A DNA stretch of 64,000 bases. Source: an uncultured delta proteobacterium. Lineage in GTDB: Bacteria; Desulfobacterota; Binatia; UTPRO1. Location: assembly GCA_963797545.1 (NCBI GenBank), contig CAWCPU010000003.1, forward strand, positions 54,703-118,702, written 5' to 3'. A model generated the notes under the pieces. That model ran no database searches and had not been told where the DNA came from. It was given only the letters and a program-made list of their open reading frames with translations. Every line of letters starts with the position of its first letter. The stretch's first letter is position 1. Shown here piece after piece: positions 52,138 through 62,971 of the stretch. The position numbers and the translations under genes were made by a program.

Positions 52138-53838
52138 TCAGACCCGGCGGAACTTCGGCAGCGCGACGTCGGCCGACACGCGCTCGAAGACCACCGTGAC
52201 GGGCATCCCGATCCGGATCTCGCCGGGCGGGCAGTCGACGAGCGCCGACGTCAGCTTCACGCCTTCCGCGAGCCTCACGACCACGACGGCGTACGGCACC
52301 TCGGCGGCGAACGCCGGGTGGTAGACCTGGTGCATGACGTTGAAGCTGAAGACCTCGCCGCGTCCCGACACCTCGACCCACGTGCTCGCGGTGGAGAGGC
52401 AGCCGCTGCAGAGCTCGCGCGCCGGGAACCGCAGCAGCGCGCAGTCGCTGCAGCGCTGGACGACGAGACGGCCGTCGCGCGCGGCGGCGAAGAAGGGCGC
52501 CATCTCCGCGGTGATCTGCGGTATCGGTTTCGCGGCGGCGGATGCGCCGGCCGCGGCCGCCCCGCCATCGCCGGCGGCCGATGCTCCGCCGGACGCGAGT
52601 CGTCCGCTCGCGGCACCGGCGCCCGCAGGTCCAACGGCACGCTCTTCGCCGCCGTCGGCCGTCATGACGGCAGCGGGCTCAGGACGAGCGTCGAATGCGT
52701 CGAGAGCAGGCCGCCGTTGCCGCTCACCAGGACGACGTCCCGATGCGGCACCTGGCGCTCGCCCGCTTCGCCGCGCGTCTGGAGAACCGCCTCGGCGACC
52801 GGCGTCATCCCCCACATGTAGAACGACGACAGCTGACCTCCGCCGGTGTTGACCGGCAGCGATCCGCCGGGCGCGGTGCTCCCGGCGGCGACGAAGTCGC
52901 CGGCCTCGCCTTTGCCGCAAAAGCCGTAGTCCTCGAGCGTGACCAGGACCGTGAAGCTGTAGCAGTCGTAGAGCTCGCAGAGCTCGACGTCGGCCACGTC
53001 GATGCCCGCCATGCGGAACGCGGTCGTCTTCGCGATCGGTGCGCCGGAGGTGAGCGTCTCGCTGACGTCGCCTCCGGGGTGGCCCTGGCCCATGCCCCAG
53101 ACGTAGACCGGCGGCTTGCGCGCATGCCGCGCGCGCTCCGCCGACGTGACGATCACCGCAAGACCGCCGTTCGACACCAAACAGCAGTCGAGCACGTGGA
53201 ACGGCTCCACGACCCACCGCGATGCGATGGTAGTCCTCCATCGTGAGCGGTGTGTCCCGGAACTGCGCCATCGGGTTCATGTTCGCCCACCGGCGCTGCG
53301 CGACCGCGACCGCGCCGAGATGATCCTGGGTGGTGCCATACGCGTGCATGTGCCGGCGGGCGACCATCGCGTAGAAGGCGTTCATCCCGAACTGTCCGTA
53401 GGCGCCGTCGAGGCCGCGGGCGAAGGCGTACGGGGCCGCCGATCCCGAACCCGCGCCGCGGTCGCGGCGCTCGTCCGGCGGCTTCAACGGGCGATCGGAG
53501 AACACGCAGGCGACGGTCGAGCACATGCCGCCGGCGATCGCGAGCGTCGCGTGCTGGATCATCGCGGCAGCGGTCGCGCCGCCGAGATTCATCGTCGCGG
53601 AGAGCCGGAGATCGCGAAGACCGAGGGCCTGTTGCAGCATGAACGAGCCCATCGCCGCGTCGCCCCACGCGAGTCCCGGGTTCACCAGCAAGCCGTCGAG
53701 GTCCGAGCGCCGCATGCCGGCGTCCTCGAGGGCGAGTCGCACGGCTTCGACGGCGAATCCGACGTGCGTACGATCGTACACTCTTCCCTGCGGGGTGACG
53801 CCGAGGCCGGCAATCGCGATCTCCCCTCTGCGCGGCAC
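52138..53838 (-). CDS. Thiolase-like (SCP-x/lipid-transfer-protein type) fused to C-terminal DUF35 OB-fold/zinc-ribbon domain; two frameshifts in the thiolase part
   Basis: Thiolase N (ORF 52138..53838, N-terminal part), thiolase C (ORF 52662..53210), DUF35-like C-terminus (CSDCALLRFPARELCSGC plus OB fold) in the first frame again. Confidence 0.7.
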   Translation of the reverse strand: MPRRGEIAIAGLGVTPQGRVYDRTHVGFAVEAVRLALEDAGMRRSDLDGLLVNPGLAWGDAAMGSFMLQQALGLRDLRLSATMNLGGATAAAMIQHATLAIAGGMCSTVACVFSDRPLKPPDERRDRGAGSGSAAPYAFARGLDGAYGQFGMNAFYAMVARRHMHAYGTTQDHLGAVAVAQRRWANMNPMAQFRDTPLTMEDYHRIAVGRGAVPRARLLFGVERRSCGDRHVGGARAACAQAAGLRLGHGPGPPRRRRQRDAHLRRTDREDDRVPHGGHRRGRRRALRALRLLQLHGPGHARGLRLLRQRRGRRLRRRREHRARRIAAGQHRRRSAVVVLHVGDDAGRRGGSPDARRSGRAPGAASGRRPGERQRRPALDAFDARPEPAAVMTADGGEERAVGPAGAGAASGRLASGGASAAGDGGAAAAGASAAAKPIPQITAEMAPFFAAARDGRLVVQRCSDCALLRFPARELCSGCLSTASTWVEVSGRGEVFSFNVMHQVYHPAFAAEVPYAVVVVRLAEGVKLTSALVDCPPGEIRIGMPVTVVFERVSADVALPKFRRV

Positions 53839-54179
53839 GTCGTCTTCGTAGGGGAGACGTCAACTCGCGTCAACGCCGGGTGCCGTCCCAGTAGAACAGC
53901 ACCCGACGCCGGGCCGGACGCCGTCTGTCCGTCCAGGTTCGCGCGCTCCACCGATGCAAAAGATGCCGCCGCATCGCGAAGGCGAGCGCGCGCCGTCGTG
54001 ACCGCGCGCTCGACCACGCACCGCCGATGAGTTTTTCGTTGACGGTCTCCCGGGCACGCGTGATATGGACTCCCCGTTTCCTGTTAGGTGCCGTCCCGCC
54101 CGTCACGATGTCCATCGAGCGGATTTCCATTGCGCGGATGCCGGAGGAAACGCCGAGTTCGCATCGGAGGTGCATCACA

Positions 54180-55199
54180 ATGGCGCGGGTTTCCCATGGC
54201 GCTTTCATGGTCACGGCAGCGGCACTGGCGGTGCTGCTTTCATCGGCGTTGCAGGCGTCGGCGATCGTCATCGGCGGCGGCGGCAGCAGCAGGACCGACT
54301 GCTTGGTCGTCCTCGACGCCCCGGTGAATCAGCCGGAGCGCAGGCCCCGGAACATCCGCTGCACCGACGGCGATCCGTGCGACGCCGACGGGATCGTCAA
54401 CGGCGTCTGCGCGTTTCCGGTGAGCGTCTGCGCCAACAGCACCTACAATCCGCAAGCGTGCTCGCTCGTCGGCGTCGACGACATCACCGTCGACCACGCG
54501 CTCGACAACGGTGACGAGAAGTTCGACCCCAACTTCCAAGCGCTCCAGCAGCGGATCGACAGCGACATCGCGCCGCCCAACAACGACCCCGACGCCTGCA
54601 CGTCGTCGCCGGCGATGATCCACATCGCGATCGAGGGGCCGTTCGTCGGCGGCAGCGGCAACGTCTGCAAGAAAAGGGTCAAGAAGCTGAAGATCGTCTC
54701 GACCGGCATCATCGCGGGCAAGGTCTACAAGGACACCGACAAGATCAAGATGACCTGCGAGCCGGCGCCGGCGGGCTGCGACCCCTTGACGCTCTTCATG
54801 GGCACGTACGATCGCATTCAGCGGCAGGTCTTCGATCAGAGCTGCGCGGTGAGCGGCTGTCACGATTCGCAGAGCGTCAGGGGCGGTCTGCTGCTGGAGA
54901 CCGGGGCGTCGTACGACAACCTGGTGAACGCGTTTCCGAACAACCCGGAGGCGGCGGCGGCGGGGTGGAAGCGCGTCGCCCAGATCGATGCGATGACGGG
55001 CGATCCGCAGACGAGCCTCATCTTCCACAAGCTGACGGGCGATCTCGACAAAGGCTTCGGCGCGCGCATGCCGTTCGGACGCCGCAAGCTCGACCACACG
55101 TTGATCGACGTCATCGAGGCGTGGATCAGCGCGGGTGCGCCGCCGGCATGTCAGCCCGGTGACGATATGCAAACCTGCTGGGTCCCCGGCACGTACTAA
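54180..55199 (+). CDS. Secreted Cys-rich protein with C-terminal planctomycete-cytochrome-like (PSCyt1-like) domain
   Basis: Signal MARVSHGAFMVTAAALAVLLSSALQASA. C-terminal QVFDQSCAVSGCHDSQSVRGGLLLETGASYDNLVN...QTSLIFHKLTG...MPFGRRKLDHTLIDVIEAWISAGAP. Confidence 0.55.
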   Translation: MARVSHGAFMVTAAALAVLLSSALQASAIVIGGGGSSRTDCLVVLDAPVNQPERRPRNIRCTDGDPCDADGIVNGVCAFPVSVCANSTYNPQACSLVGVDDITVDHALDNGDEKFDPNFQALQQRIDSDIAPPNNDPDACTSSPAMIHIAIEGPFVGGSGNVCKKRVKKLKIVSTGIIAGKVYKDTDKIKMTCEPAPAGCDPLTLFMGTYDRIQRQVFDQSCAVSGCHDSQSVRGGLLLETGASYDNLVNAFPNNPEAAAAGWKRVAQIDAMTGDPQTSLIFHKLTGDLDKGFGARMPFGRRKLDHTLIDVIEAWISAGAPPACQPGDDMQTCWVPGTY

Positions 55200-55227
55200 C
55201 CACGCGACGCATTCGGAGGGAATCATG

Positions 55228-56764
55228 GGGAATGAGAGCTCAGTCCTGACCGAGGCGGAGGCGCGGCATCTGCTGCGCCGCACCGGCTTCGGCGCGACGC
55301 GAGACGACGTCCAGGAGATCCTCGACAACGGCGAGACGCGCGGCGCCGCGGCCGATCGCCTGCTCGACTTCAAGCCGAAGGCGTTCAAGCCGGGCGGCAA
55401 GGATCTTCGAGCCGCGCCACAACAAGTGGGTGAAGTACATGATCAAGACGAAGCTCCCGCTGCAGGAGAAGCTGGTGCTCTTCTGGCACGACCACTTCGC
55501 GACCGGCTTCTCGAAGGTGCTGGACGCCAAGCTCATGGCGAGCCAGATCCAGCTCCTGCACAAGGACTGCAAGGGCAACTTCCGCGACCTCGTGAAGGCG
55601 ATGAACAAGGACGCGGCGATGATGGAGTTCCTCGACACGGTCGGAACTTCAGCGACATCCCCAACGAGAACTACGCGCGCGAGCTCCAGGAGCTCTTCAC
55701 CCTCGGCGTCGTCGACAGCGCCGGCAACCCCAACTACCTGCAGGCGGACATCGTGCAGATCGCGCGCGCCTTCACCGGCTGGGATTACAGCGCAACGGCA
55801 AGGCGTTCCTCCGCGGCTACGATCACGACTTCGACGAGGACTTCCCGGAGCGCGGCCTCCCGCTCGGCGCCGCGGACCCCCAGGGCACAAGAAGATCTAC
55901 CAGCACACCGGCAATTTCGGTCCCGACGGTCGCAGACTTCGCGGCGAACGGCGAAGGTGAGGCCGAGATCGACACCGTCATCGACATCATCTTCCAGCAC
56001 CGCGACAGCGGATCTGAAGAACACCGTCGCGCGCCGCACCGCGCGCCGGCTGATCGAGTACTTCGCCCACCCGAATCCGTCGCTCGCGTTCGATCGACGA
56101 GGTCGTCGCCACGTCCGGCTTCGACGCCAACTTCGAGATCGGCGGTCTGCTGCGCGCGATCTTCGTCCACGACGACTTCTATCTGACCGGCGCGGCCGGC
56201 GGCGTCGCCGTGCCGTGGGGCGCGGCCGTCACGAACTCGGTGAAGTGGCCGATCGACTACATGGTCAGCACGCTGCGGCTGCTCGGCATGAAGCTCAAGA
56301 GCAGCTACCAGTTCGTCGACGGCGGCAGCTTCAACGAGCGCCATCGACGCACCTGTCCAACATGGGGCAGATCCTCCTCGACCCGCCGAGCGTCTTCGGC
56401 TGGGACTGGGAGACCAACTGGCTCAGCAGCGCGACCCTGCTGGCGCGCTACAACTTCGCGGTCGACGTGACCTCGGCGCGCGGCGGCGGCAAGACCGCGT
56501 TCCGGCCCGACAAGTTCAGCACCTCGACCGGCGCGAGGTTCCTCGACCTCACGGATCCCGATGCGATCGTCGACGAGGCCGCGCTGATGCTCGGCATCAA
56601 GGACCACCTGACGTCGGGCGAGCACGGACGTGCTCGGTCGACTACCTGACCGACAACGGTGCTCAACCCGCCGCTCGACCTGAACGACTACGACACCCGG
56701 AACACGAAGCTCAACGGTCTCTTCGCGCTTGCTGCTGCAGTCGCCGGCGTACCAGCTTCACTAG
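55228..56764 (+). CDS. DUF1800-family protein, many homopolymer frameshifts
   Basis: KWVKYMIKTKLPLQEKLVLFWHDHFATGFSKV, GNFRDLVKAMNKDAAMMEFLDT, NENYARELQELFTLGV, C-terminal ...LLQSPAYQLH*; reassembled across at least 8 frame changes. Confidence 0.75.
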
Positions 56765-56782
56765 GACGGGGAGGAGAACTCG

Positions 56783-58238
56783 ATGGCGATCACACGACGG
56801 CAGTTCCTCAAGCGGTCGGGCGCCGCGGCGGCCGGCGGCATTCTCATCCCGAGCCTCTTCGGCAACCCGCTCCTCCGGCGCGCGCTCGCGAGCACGATCG
56901 GCGATCGCTACTTCGTCGTCCTCTATCTCGACGGCGGCAACGACGGCCTCAACACCGTCACGCCGGCCACGAACGGCGGCGGCACGCTGCGCCACGATTA
57001 CGACGTCGCGCGGACCAACATCGAACCTCACGCCGGCGCAGCTCGGCGCGACGCTGATCGGCACCGACCCGAACACCGGCGCGCAGCTCGCGCTGCATCC
57101 GGGCTTCGTCGGGACCGGCGCCGGCCTCGGCGGGCTGAAGGCCCTGTACGACGCCGGCAACGTCGCGGTCATCCAGGGCTGCGGCTATCCCGATTACAGC
57201 CTCTCGCACGAGGAGTCGCGGGTGATCTGGCAGACCGCGAACCCGCTCGGCAACGGCGGCTACGCGGCGACCGGCTGGATGGGTCGCTTCCTCGCCGACG
57301 CCTCGCAGATGTACAGCGGCTCCGACATCCCGGCCGTCAACATCGACGACTCCGTCGTCGGCGAATACAGGCAGAGCCAGACGAGCGTGCTCGCGCTCCG
57401 GCGCCTCCGCGACTTCGGGTTCCCCTACGACGACTATTCGAGCTTCGACGTGCAGCCTCCAAGCGCGGCGCGTTCGAGGCGCTGCATCAGGCCGCCGCCG
57501 GGACGTCGCAGCCGACCCTCGCGTACCTCGGCAACACCGGCGTCGCGACCCTGCTCAGCAGCGAGAGCTATCCGCTGCTCCACAGTCTCTACCAGACCGA
57601 CCGCTCGACCTACAGCCAGCTGTACAACGACGTCGGCACGCAGCGTCTCGCGCGACCTGCGCGAGGTCGCGAAGGTGATCTACGGCGTCGCGACCGGTCA
57701 GCCGAACGTGAACGCACGCTTCTTCCAGCTCAGCAACGGCGGCTACGACACCCACTCCGACCAGGGCGGCGCCACCGGCCAGCACCACGATCTCCACAAG
57801 GAGGTCGGCGACTCGCGTCCGGGTGTTCTTCGAGGACCTCGCCGACATGCCCGGCAACGTCGCCGACAAGACCGTGCGTCGTGGTGTGGAGCGAGTTCAG
57901 CCGCCGCATCCATCAGAACGGCAGCGGCACCGACCACGGCTCGCAGGGGCCGATGTTCGTGATCGGCGGCAAGGTCCAGCGGCGGCGTCTACGGCAACCA
58001 CCCGAACATCGCCGCGTCCGCGCAGGACAACGACGGCAACACCGTCTACACCCAGAGCACCGGCGTCGCGCCGAACGACTTCCGCTCGACCGACTTTCGC
58101 GACGTCTACGGCACGATCCTGAAGAACTGGCTCAACATGCCGGTCGGCGCGATCAACGGTATCCTGCCGTTGGACGCCGGCGATCCGCAGTACTTCTGGA
58201 CGACGCGCAACTACGACGTCTTTCCCTTCCTGCCGTAG
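56783..58238 (+). CDS. DUF1501-family protein (Tat signal, sulfatase-like fold), several frameshifts
   Basis: MAITRRQFLKRSGAAAAGGIL twin-arginine signal; YFVVLYLDGGNDGLNTV; C-terminus ...DPQYFWTTRNYDVFPFLP*. Confidence 0.75.
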
Positions 58239-58263
58239 CGGAGGCGCGCGGCGCTGACGCCGC

Positions 58264-59985
58264 ATGCGGCTCTCCGAGTACTATCTCGGCGACCCGCGGC
58301 TCATCCTCGTTCCGGTCGAGCACCTGACGACGGACGGGATGAGCCGCGAGCTCGCCGCCTTCCTGCAAGACGGCGGGCGCTGGGACGCCGCGCGCGTCGC
58401 CCTCTTCGATCGGGCCTTCTCGCTCTACTGGACGCGGTCGAGCGCGCTCGCCCGGCGGACGCGGACGTGGGTCGCGCCGCGCCTCCGCCACGTCGCGATC
58501 ATCACGCAGCCGGCCGCCGTGCGGCCGTACGCGCAGCTCCTCAACACCAGCGCGTGGTCGCTCTACGACGGCGACTTCGATCCGGAACGCTCGCATCCGG
58601 AGCTCGCCGCCTACCTCTTCGTCCACGGCGATCGGCTCGCCGTGGTCGGTGACGTCGCGCTCGCCGCGTTGCACGCTGCCCCCTACTGGCTCGAACGCAG
58701 CCCCGACGAGTGTGCCGCCTTCGCCGCCGCCGCGGCGCGCGCGACGCGGCCCGACGGCGACGTCCTGCGCGCGATCGCCGCGGGGCTCCCGTGGCTGCGC
58801 GAGCTCCGGCACGAGGACCTTCGTCCGGTCGCGCGCGAAGGCGCGCGCGCGGTCGCCGCGAAGCCGGCCGGCGGTCCGGCGTATCGGCCGATTCCGGGAA
58901 CCGGACTCCTGGTTCCGGACGCGATCGTCGCGGAGCCGCCGAAGCTCGTCGACGCCTCCGCCGCAGCCGCGCGCGCGACGCTCGCCCGCTATCACGCGGC
59001 GTGGCGCGCCGAGCCGCGCGCCGCGATCGCCGCGCTCTGCGACTGGCTCACGGCGGATGCGCCGCGCCTGCTCGTCACCGCGCAAAACGGCCGTGTCGTC
59101 TGGGAGCCGGACGCGCCGGCGCGACTCGGTGCGCTCCGCGCCGAGCTCCGGCAGGGCGACCCGGCGGCGGTCGACTCGATCGCCGAGGACTTGCGGGTGA
59201 TCGACCGACACACGCGGCGGTTTCTCGGCGCGCTGGTCGCGCCGGACACATTGCCGCGGCCGGCGCCGGAGACCGAGCAGCAGGGATACAGCTACATGCA
59301 TCGCGACCGCGCGCTGATCGCATACAACCTCCGCGAGCCCGGAATGGAGCGACTGCACGGGCCCGCCCTCCCCTACGCGCGCGCGATGCTCGGCGCGCGC
59401 ACCGCCCACGAATGGTCGCACCTCGTCGCCGACGCGGGTTGGGTGCCGCTCGCGGTCGCCGGCGAGCGCCTCGCCGAGCTCCAGGCGCGCTTCGCCGCCG
59501 AGCTCGAGTCGGTGGTCGCCGCCGCGCCCGAGCCGATCCGCAGGATCGCCGCCGCCGATCTCGAGGAGATCGCGGGCACGTACCCGGCGAGCGCCGCGCT
59601 CGCGCGGCTGCTCCTCGAGCGCGTGCCCGACTATCAGGCGAACCTGGTGGCGATGCGGTTTCTCGACGAGAGCGAGCGCGAGACTTACGTCCGCCACAAC
59701 GTCCGTACGCTGCGGCCGTTCTATTCGGCACCGCGAGTCTGGCGGATGCTGATCCGTTATCTCTACGAGTACCAGTACCTCCGCTTCAGCGCCGTCACCG
59801 ATCCCGCCGCCTTCTTCGTGAGGAGCACGTGGTTCGACGAGGACTTCTTCGCGACCGGCATCCTCGACGCACGTCGGTTCGACGCTCTGACGGAGGCGGT
59901 CGCGGCGCTCTGCGCATGCTGGGCCGTCGACGAGCGTCGCTTTCGTGCGCGCGACGCCGGCGCGGAACCGTCGTCGCGCGCGTGA
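58264..59985 (+). CDS. Hypothetical 573-aa protein with an HExxH (AHEWSHL) zincin-like motif; intact
   Basis: Starts 26 bp after DUF1501 on the same strand; no frameshifts; no family assigned. Confidence 0.55.
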   Translation: MRLSEYYLGDPRLILVPVEHLTTDGMSRELAAFLQDGGRWDAARVALFDRAFSLYWTRSSALARRTRTWVAPRLRHVAIITQPAAVRPYAQLLNTSAWSLYDGDFDPERSHPELAAYLFVHGDRLAVVGDVALAALHAAPYWLERSPDECAAFAAAAARATRPDGDVLRAIAAGLPWLRELRHEDLRPVAREGARAVAAKPAGGPAYRPIPGTGLLVPDAIVAEPPKLVDASAAAARATLARYHAAWRAEPRAAIAALCDWLTADAPRLLVTAQNGRVVWEPDAPARLGALRAELRQGDPAAVDSIAEDLRVIDRHTRRFLGALVAPDTLPRPAPETEQQGYSYMHRDRALIAYNLREPGMERLHGPALPYARAMLGARTAHEWSHLVADAGWVPLAVAGERLAELQARFAAELESVVAAAPEPIRRIAAADLEEIAGTYPASAALARLLLERVPDYQANLVAMRFLDESERETYVRHNVRTLRPFYSAPRVWRMLIRYLYEYQYLRFSAVTDPAAFFVRSTWFDEDFFATGILDARRFDALTEAVAALCACWAVDERRFRARDAGAEPSSRA

Positions 59986-60001
59986 ATCCAGCCCGCGCCG
60001 G

Positions 60002-60283
60002 CTAGCGCGACGTGATGATGAAGCGCTTCTGGAGCGCCTGAAGCTGGTCCTGCACCGACGGCAGCCGACGCGATTCCATCAGCACCTGGAAGATCTCGCC
60101 CTCGGGCGCTTCCTTCCGCACCTCGGTGAGCTCGTGGACGGCGTTCAGGATCTCGTGAATCACGCGCGGAATCTCGCGCTGCGGAATCACCAGGTCGCCG
60201 CGTCCGAGCGTACCGCTCCAGTTCGAGGCGTACGGCCGCAAGACGTGCAGAATTCGTTCGGTCACGCTCTTGTCGGCAGACAT
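60002..60283 (-). CDS. Small hypothetical protein (~93 aa)
   Basis: Protein-like C-terminal part of ORF 60002..60502 (MSADKSVTERILHVLRPYASNW...). Confidence 0.35.
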   Translation of the reverse strand: MSADKSVTERILHVLRPYASNWSGTLGRGDLVIPQREIPRVIHEILNAVHELTEVRKEAPEGEIFQVLMESRRLPSVQDQLQALQKRFIITSR

Positions 60284-60431
60284 GATCGCGCACGATACCA
60301 CAGAGTCTCCACGCCAGGGAACACGCGCGTGCGCCCACGACCGCGGCGCGCCCCGGTGCGTGGGGCGTTCGGCGCCGTGCGAAGCCGATCCGTGAATTGC
60401 CGCTCCGCCAGGGCGATGGTATAGCCGCAAC

Positions 60432-61235
60432 ATGGCGACGGTGATCACGAGCGAGTGCATCAATTGCGGCGCGTGCGAGCCCGAGTGCCCGAACACCGCC
60501 ATCTACCAGGCCGGAGTCGAATGGGAGCTCGACGGCCAGATGCATCCCGCGATCTCCAGCGATTACTTCTACATCGTGCCGGAGAAATGCACCGAGTGCG
60601 TCGGCTTCTTCGATCACGAGGCGTGCGCCGCGGTGTGCCCGGTGGATTGTTGCGTTCCCGATCCCAACATCCCCGAGTCGGAAGCGGTGCTGATCGAGCG
60701 CGCCAAGAAGCTCCACCCCGACACGACGTTCGCGCCCGACTTCCCGTCGCGGTTCCGCAAGGACGCCGCGGCCGAGAGCGCGCCCGCGGCGGCGAGCGCC
60801 GCGGCGCCGGAGGCGCCGGCGCCGGCCGCGGTCGCTGCGGCGCCTGCCGACGCGTACCCGATGGAATCCGAGGCGGCGAACGCGCTGCCGGCGGTCGACG
60901 ATTGGGAGATCCCGATCATCTGCCGCGAGTGCGAGGGTGAGTACACGGTCGCGTTCCAGTTCCTGCGACCGGGCGTGGTCTTCTACTGCCCGCATTGCCA
61001 AGCCTCGTTCGTGCCGCTCCGCAGCACCTACCTGGAGCTCGCAAAGGCGCTCGAGCAGTTCTCGGGCCGCTGGCAAGCCGCGTTCGACGACTTTCAGGAG
61101 AAGCGTCGCCGCGAGATCGATGCGTTCGAGGAACGCCAGCGCCGCGAGCTGGCGGAGTTCGAGGATCGCCTGCGCGAGTTCACCCGCGCCGGGCAGAAGG
61201 CGACCGGCGCGTCGCGCCGCCGCTGGTTCTCGTAG
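60432..61235 (+). CDS. Ferredoxin (2x[4Fe-4S]-type N-terminal domain) with Ala/Pro-rich linker and C-terminal zinc-ribbon/coiled-coil extension
   Basis: CINCGACEPECP and CTECVGFFDHEACAAVCPVDCC; C-terminal CRECEGE...CPHCQ. Confidence 0.75.
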   Translation: MATVITSECINCGACEPECPNTAIYQAGVEWELDGQMHPAISSDYFYIVPEKCTECVGFFDHEACAAVCPVDCCVPDPNIPESEAVLIERAKKLHPDTTFAPDFPSRFRKDAAAESAPAAASAAAPEAPAPAAVAAAPADAYPMESEAANALPAVDDWEIPIICRECEGEYTVAFQFLRPGVVFYCPHCQASFVPLRSTYLELAKALEQFSGRWQAAFDDFQEKRRREIDAFEERQRRELAEFEDRLREFTRAGQKATGASRRRWFS

Positions 61236-61353
61236 CACCGCGACGGTCTCGGCGGGCTTCGGCGCTTCACGGCCGCGCGCGCGGGCGGCGCACTTTCTCC
61301 TCTCCACCCGCTCGAGGGGTATGCGGGAAACGGCCGCCGGAGCGCCCCCCTCG

Positions 61354-61710
61354 ATGGTGCCGTTTCCTCGTCTCGCCGCGTCGACTCTCGTCCTCGTCCT
61401 GTGCACGCTCCGTCCGGCGTGCGGCGGCGCCGGTGCGCGTCTTCGCGGTCGGCAGCGAGGTGCGTGTCGAGGACGCGGTGTCGGTGCAGACCTACCGCGA
61501 CAAGATGTTCGCGCTCATGGACGCGACCGTCCCCAACCGTGGCGACCTCGTGCAAGCCGCGTCGACGATACCGGCACGGGCGCGAGCGCGCAGACCGCGC
61601 CGTCGGTCGCGGTGGCGCCGACCAGCCTCGGGGCGCGCTGCTACGTCGTGTGGGAGGACACCCGGCTCGGCAACTCCGACGTCTGCCTCGCGAGTCGGAT
61701 CATTCCTTGA
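61354..61710 (+). CDS. Small secreted protein, two frameshifts (signal MVPFPRLAASTLVLVLCTL; WEDTRLGNSDV beta-propeller-like motif)
   Basis: Three short ORF pieces in frames 1/2/1 with protein-like composition. Confidence 0.3.
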   Translation: MVPFPRLAASTLVLVLCTLRPACGGAGARLRGRQRGACRGRGVGADLPRQDVRAHGRDRPQPWRPRASRVDDTGTGASAQTAPSVAVAPTSLGARCYVVWEDTRLGNSDVCLASRIIP

Positions 61711-62772
61711 GCGCCACGCTGACGCGCGGGTGCAAACGCGGTAGCAGCGCGAGGCCGAGAAGGCTGTAGCCGATCTCGCGCACCCGCTTCAGCAGCATCA
61801 ACGTGAGCCCGAGCTCCGGGGCGAGGCCGAGCAGCTCGAAGATCAGCATCCCGCCGGCTTCCTGAACGCCGAGCGTGGCAGGGACGACGAGGCCGACGAG
61901 CCGCGCGGGCTGCGCCAGCGCCTCGATGACGACCGCGGTCCGCCAGCTCACCGGGTGTCCGATCAGGGTCATGATGGCGAACACCTCGGCGGCGCCGGCG
62001 ATCCATCCGAGCAGGTGGAGCAGCACCGACTGCAACGCCGCCGCGCGTCGATCGCGGTAGAACGACCGCAGGCGGGCGTCGATCGCGGGCGCGCGCTCCT
62101 GAAGGCGGACGAGGAACCGCACCCGCGGCAGCAGCCGACGTATCAACCGCACGACGCCGGCGACGAGGCCGCGTCGCTGCCAGAGCACGAGCAGCGCGGT
62201 GATGGCGCACCCCACGAGCACCGACGCGACGAGGATGCCGACCTCGCCCGCGGTTGCGCCGCGCGCGGCGAAGAACATCGCCATCCCGAGGATCACGAAC
62301 GCGATCTGCGCGATCGTGAGCGCGGTTTTCGCGAGAATGACCGAGGTCGCGCCCTCGGTGAGCGGCACGCCGAACCGGTTGAGGACGTAGGCCTTGATCG
62401 GCTCGCCGCCGACGTAGGCCGTCGGCGTGACGCTGTTCAGCGCCTCGCCGACGATGCGCACGATGTACAGGAGCCAGAACGGCGGCGGCGGCGGCAGAAA
62501 GGTCGCGCGCCAGCCGGCGGCGTCGAAGGCGGCCGCCAGCGCATACGGCACGAAGATGATCGGTGCGAAGAGGCCGAGCGCCGCGAGGTGGCCTGCGAGG
62601 CGCCGTGGCCCCGCCTGGTAGACGAGCGCCGCGAGCAGCAGGAGCCCGAGCGCCGCGAGCATCCATTGAACCAGGCTGCGGCGCGGCGTCGCCGCTGCCG
62701 GATGCGCGGAAGGCGCTTCCGCGCCGATCGCGAAGACGTCGGCAGATTGCGGTCGCGGGCTGGCGGGTGACA
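61700..62772 (-). CDS. Flippase-like / LPG-synthase TM-region (UPF0104) family membrane protein (second copy)
   Basis: ORF 61700..62836; start probably at the internal Met near 62772. Confidence 0.6.
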
Positions 62773-62971
62773 TGGCGATCACGCTCGATGCCGCGGCGTG
62801 GCCGCGTACCCTAACAGCCGACCGAACCGCGAGCAATGAATCCGACCGACGATCGACCTACGCCCGTCGCCGCCGACGCGCGGCGACGCGGCCGCGGCTC
62901 TTCGTGGCGACGAACGCTCGCACGCGGTTTTCTTGCATATCGTTTTGTCGGCACGATATCTGAGTCCACCG

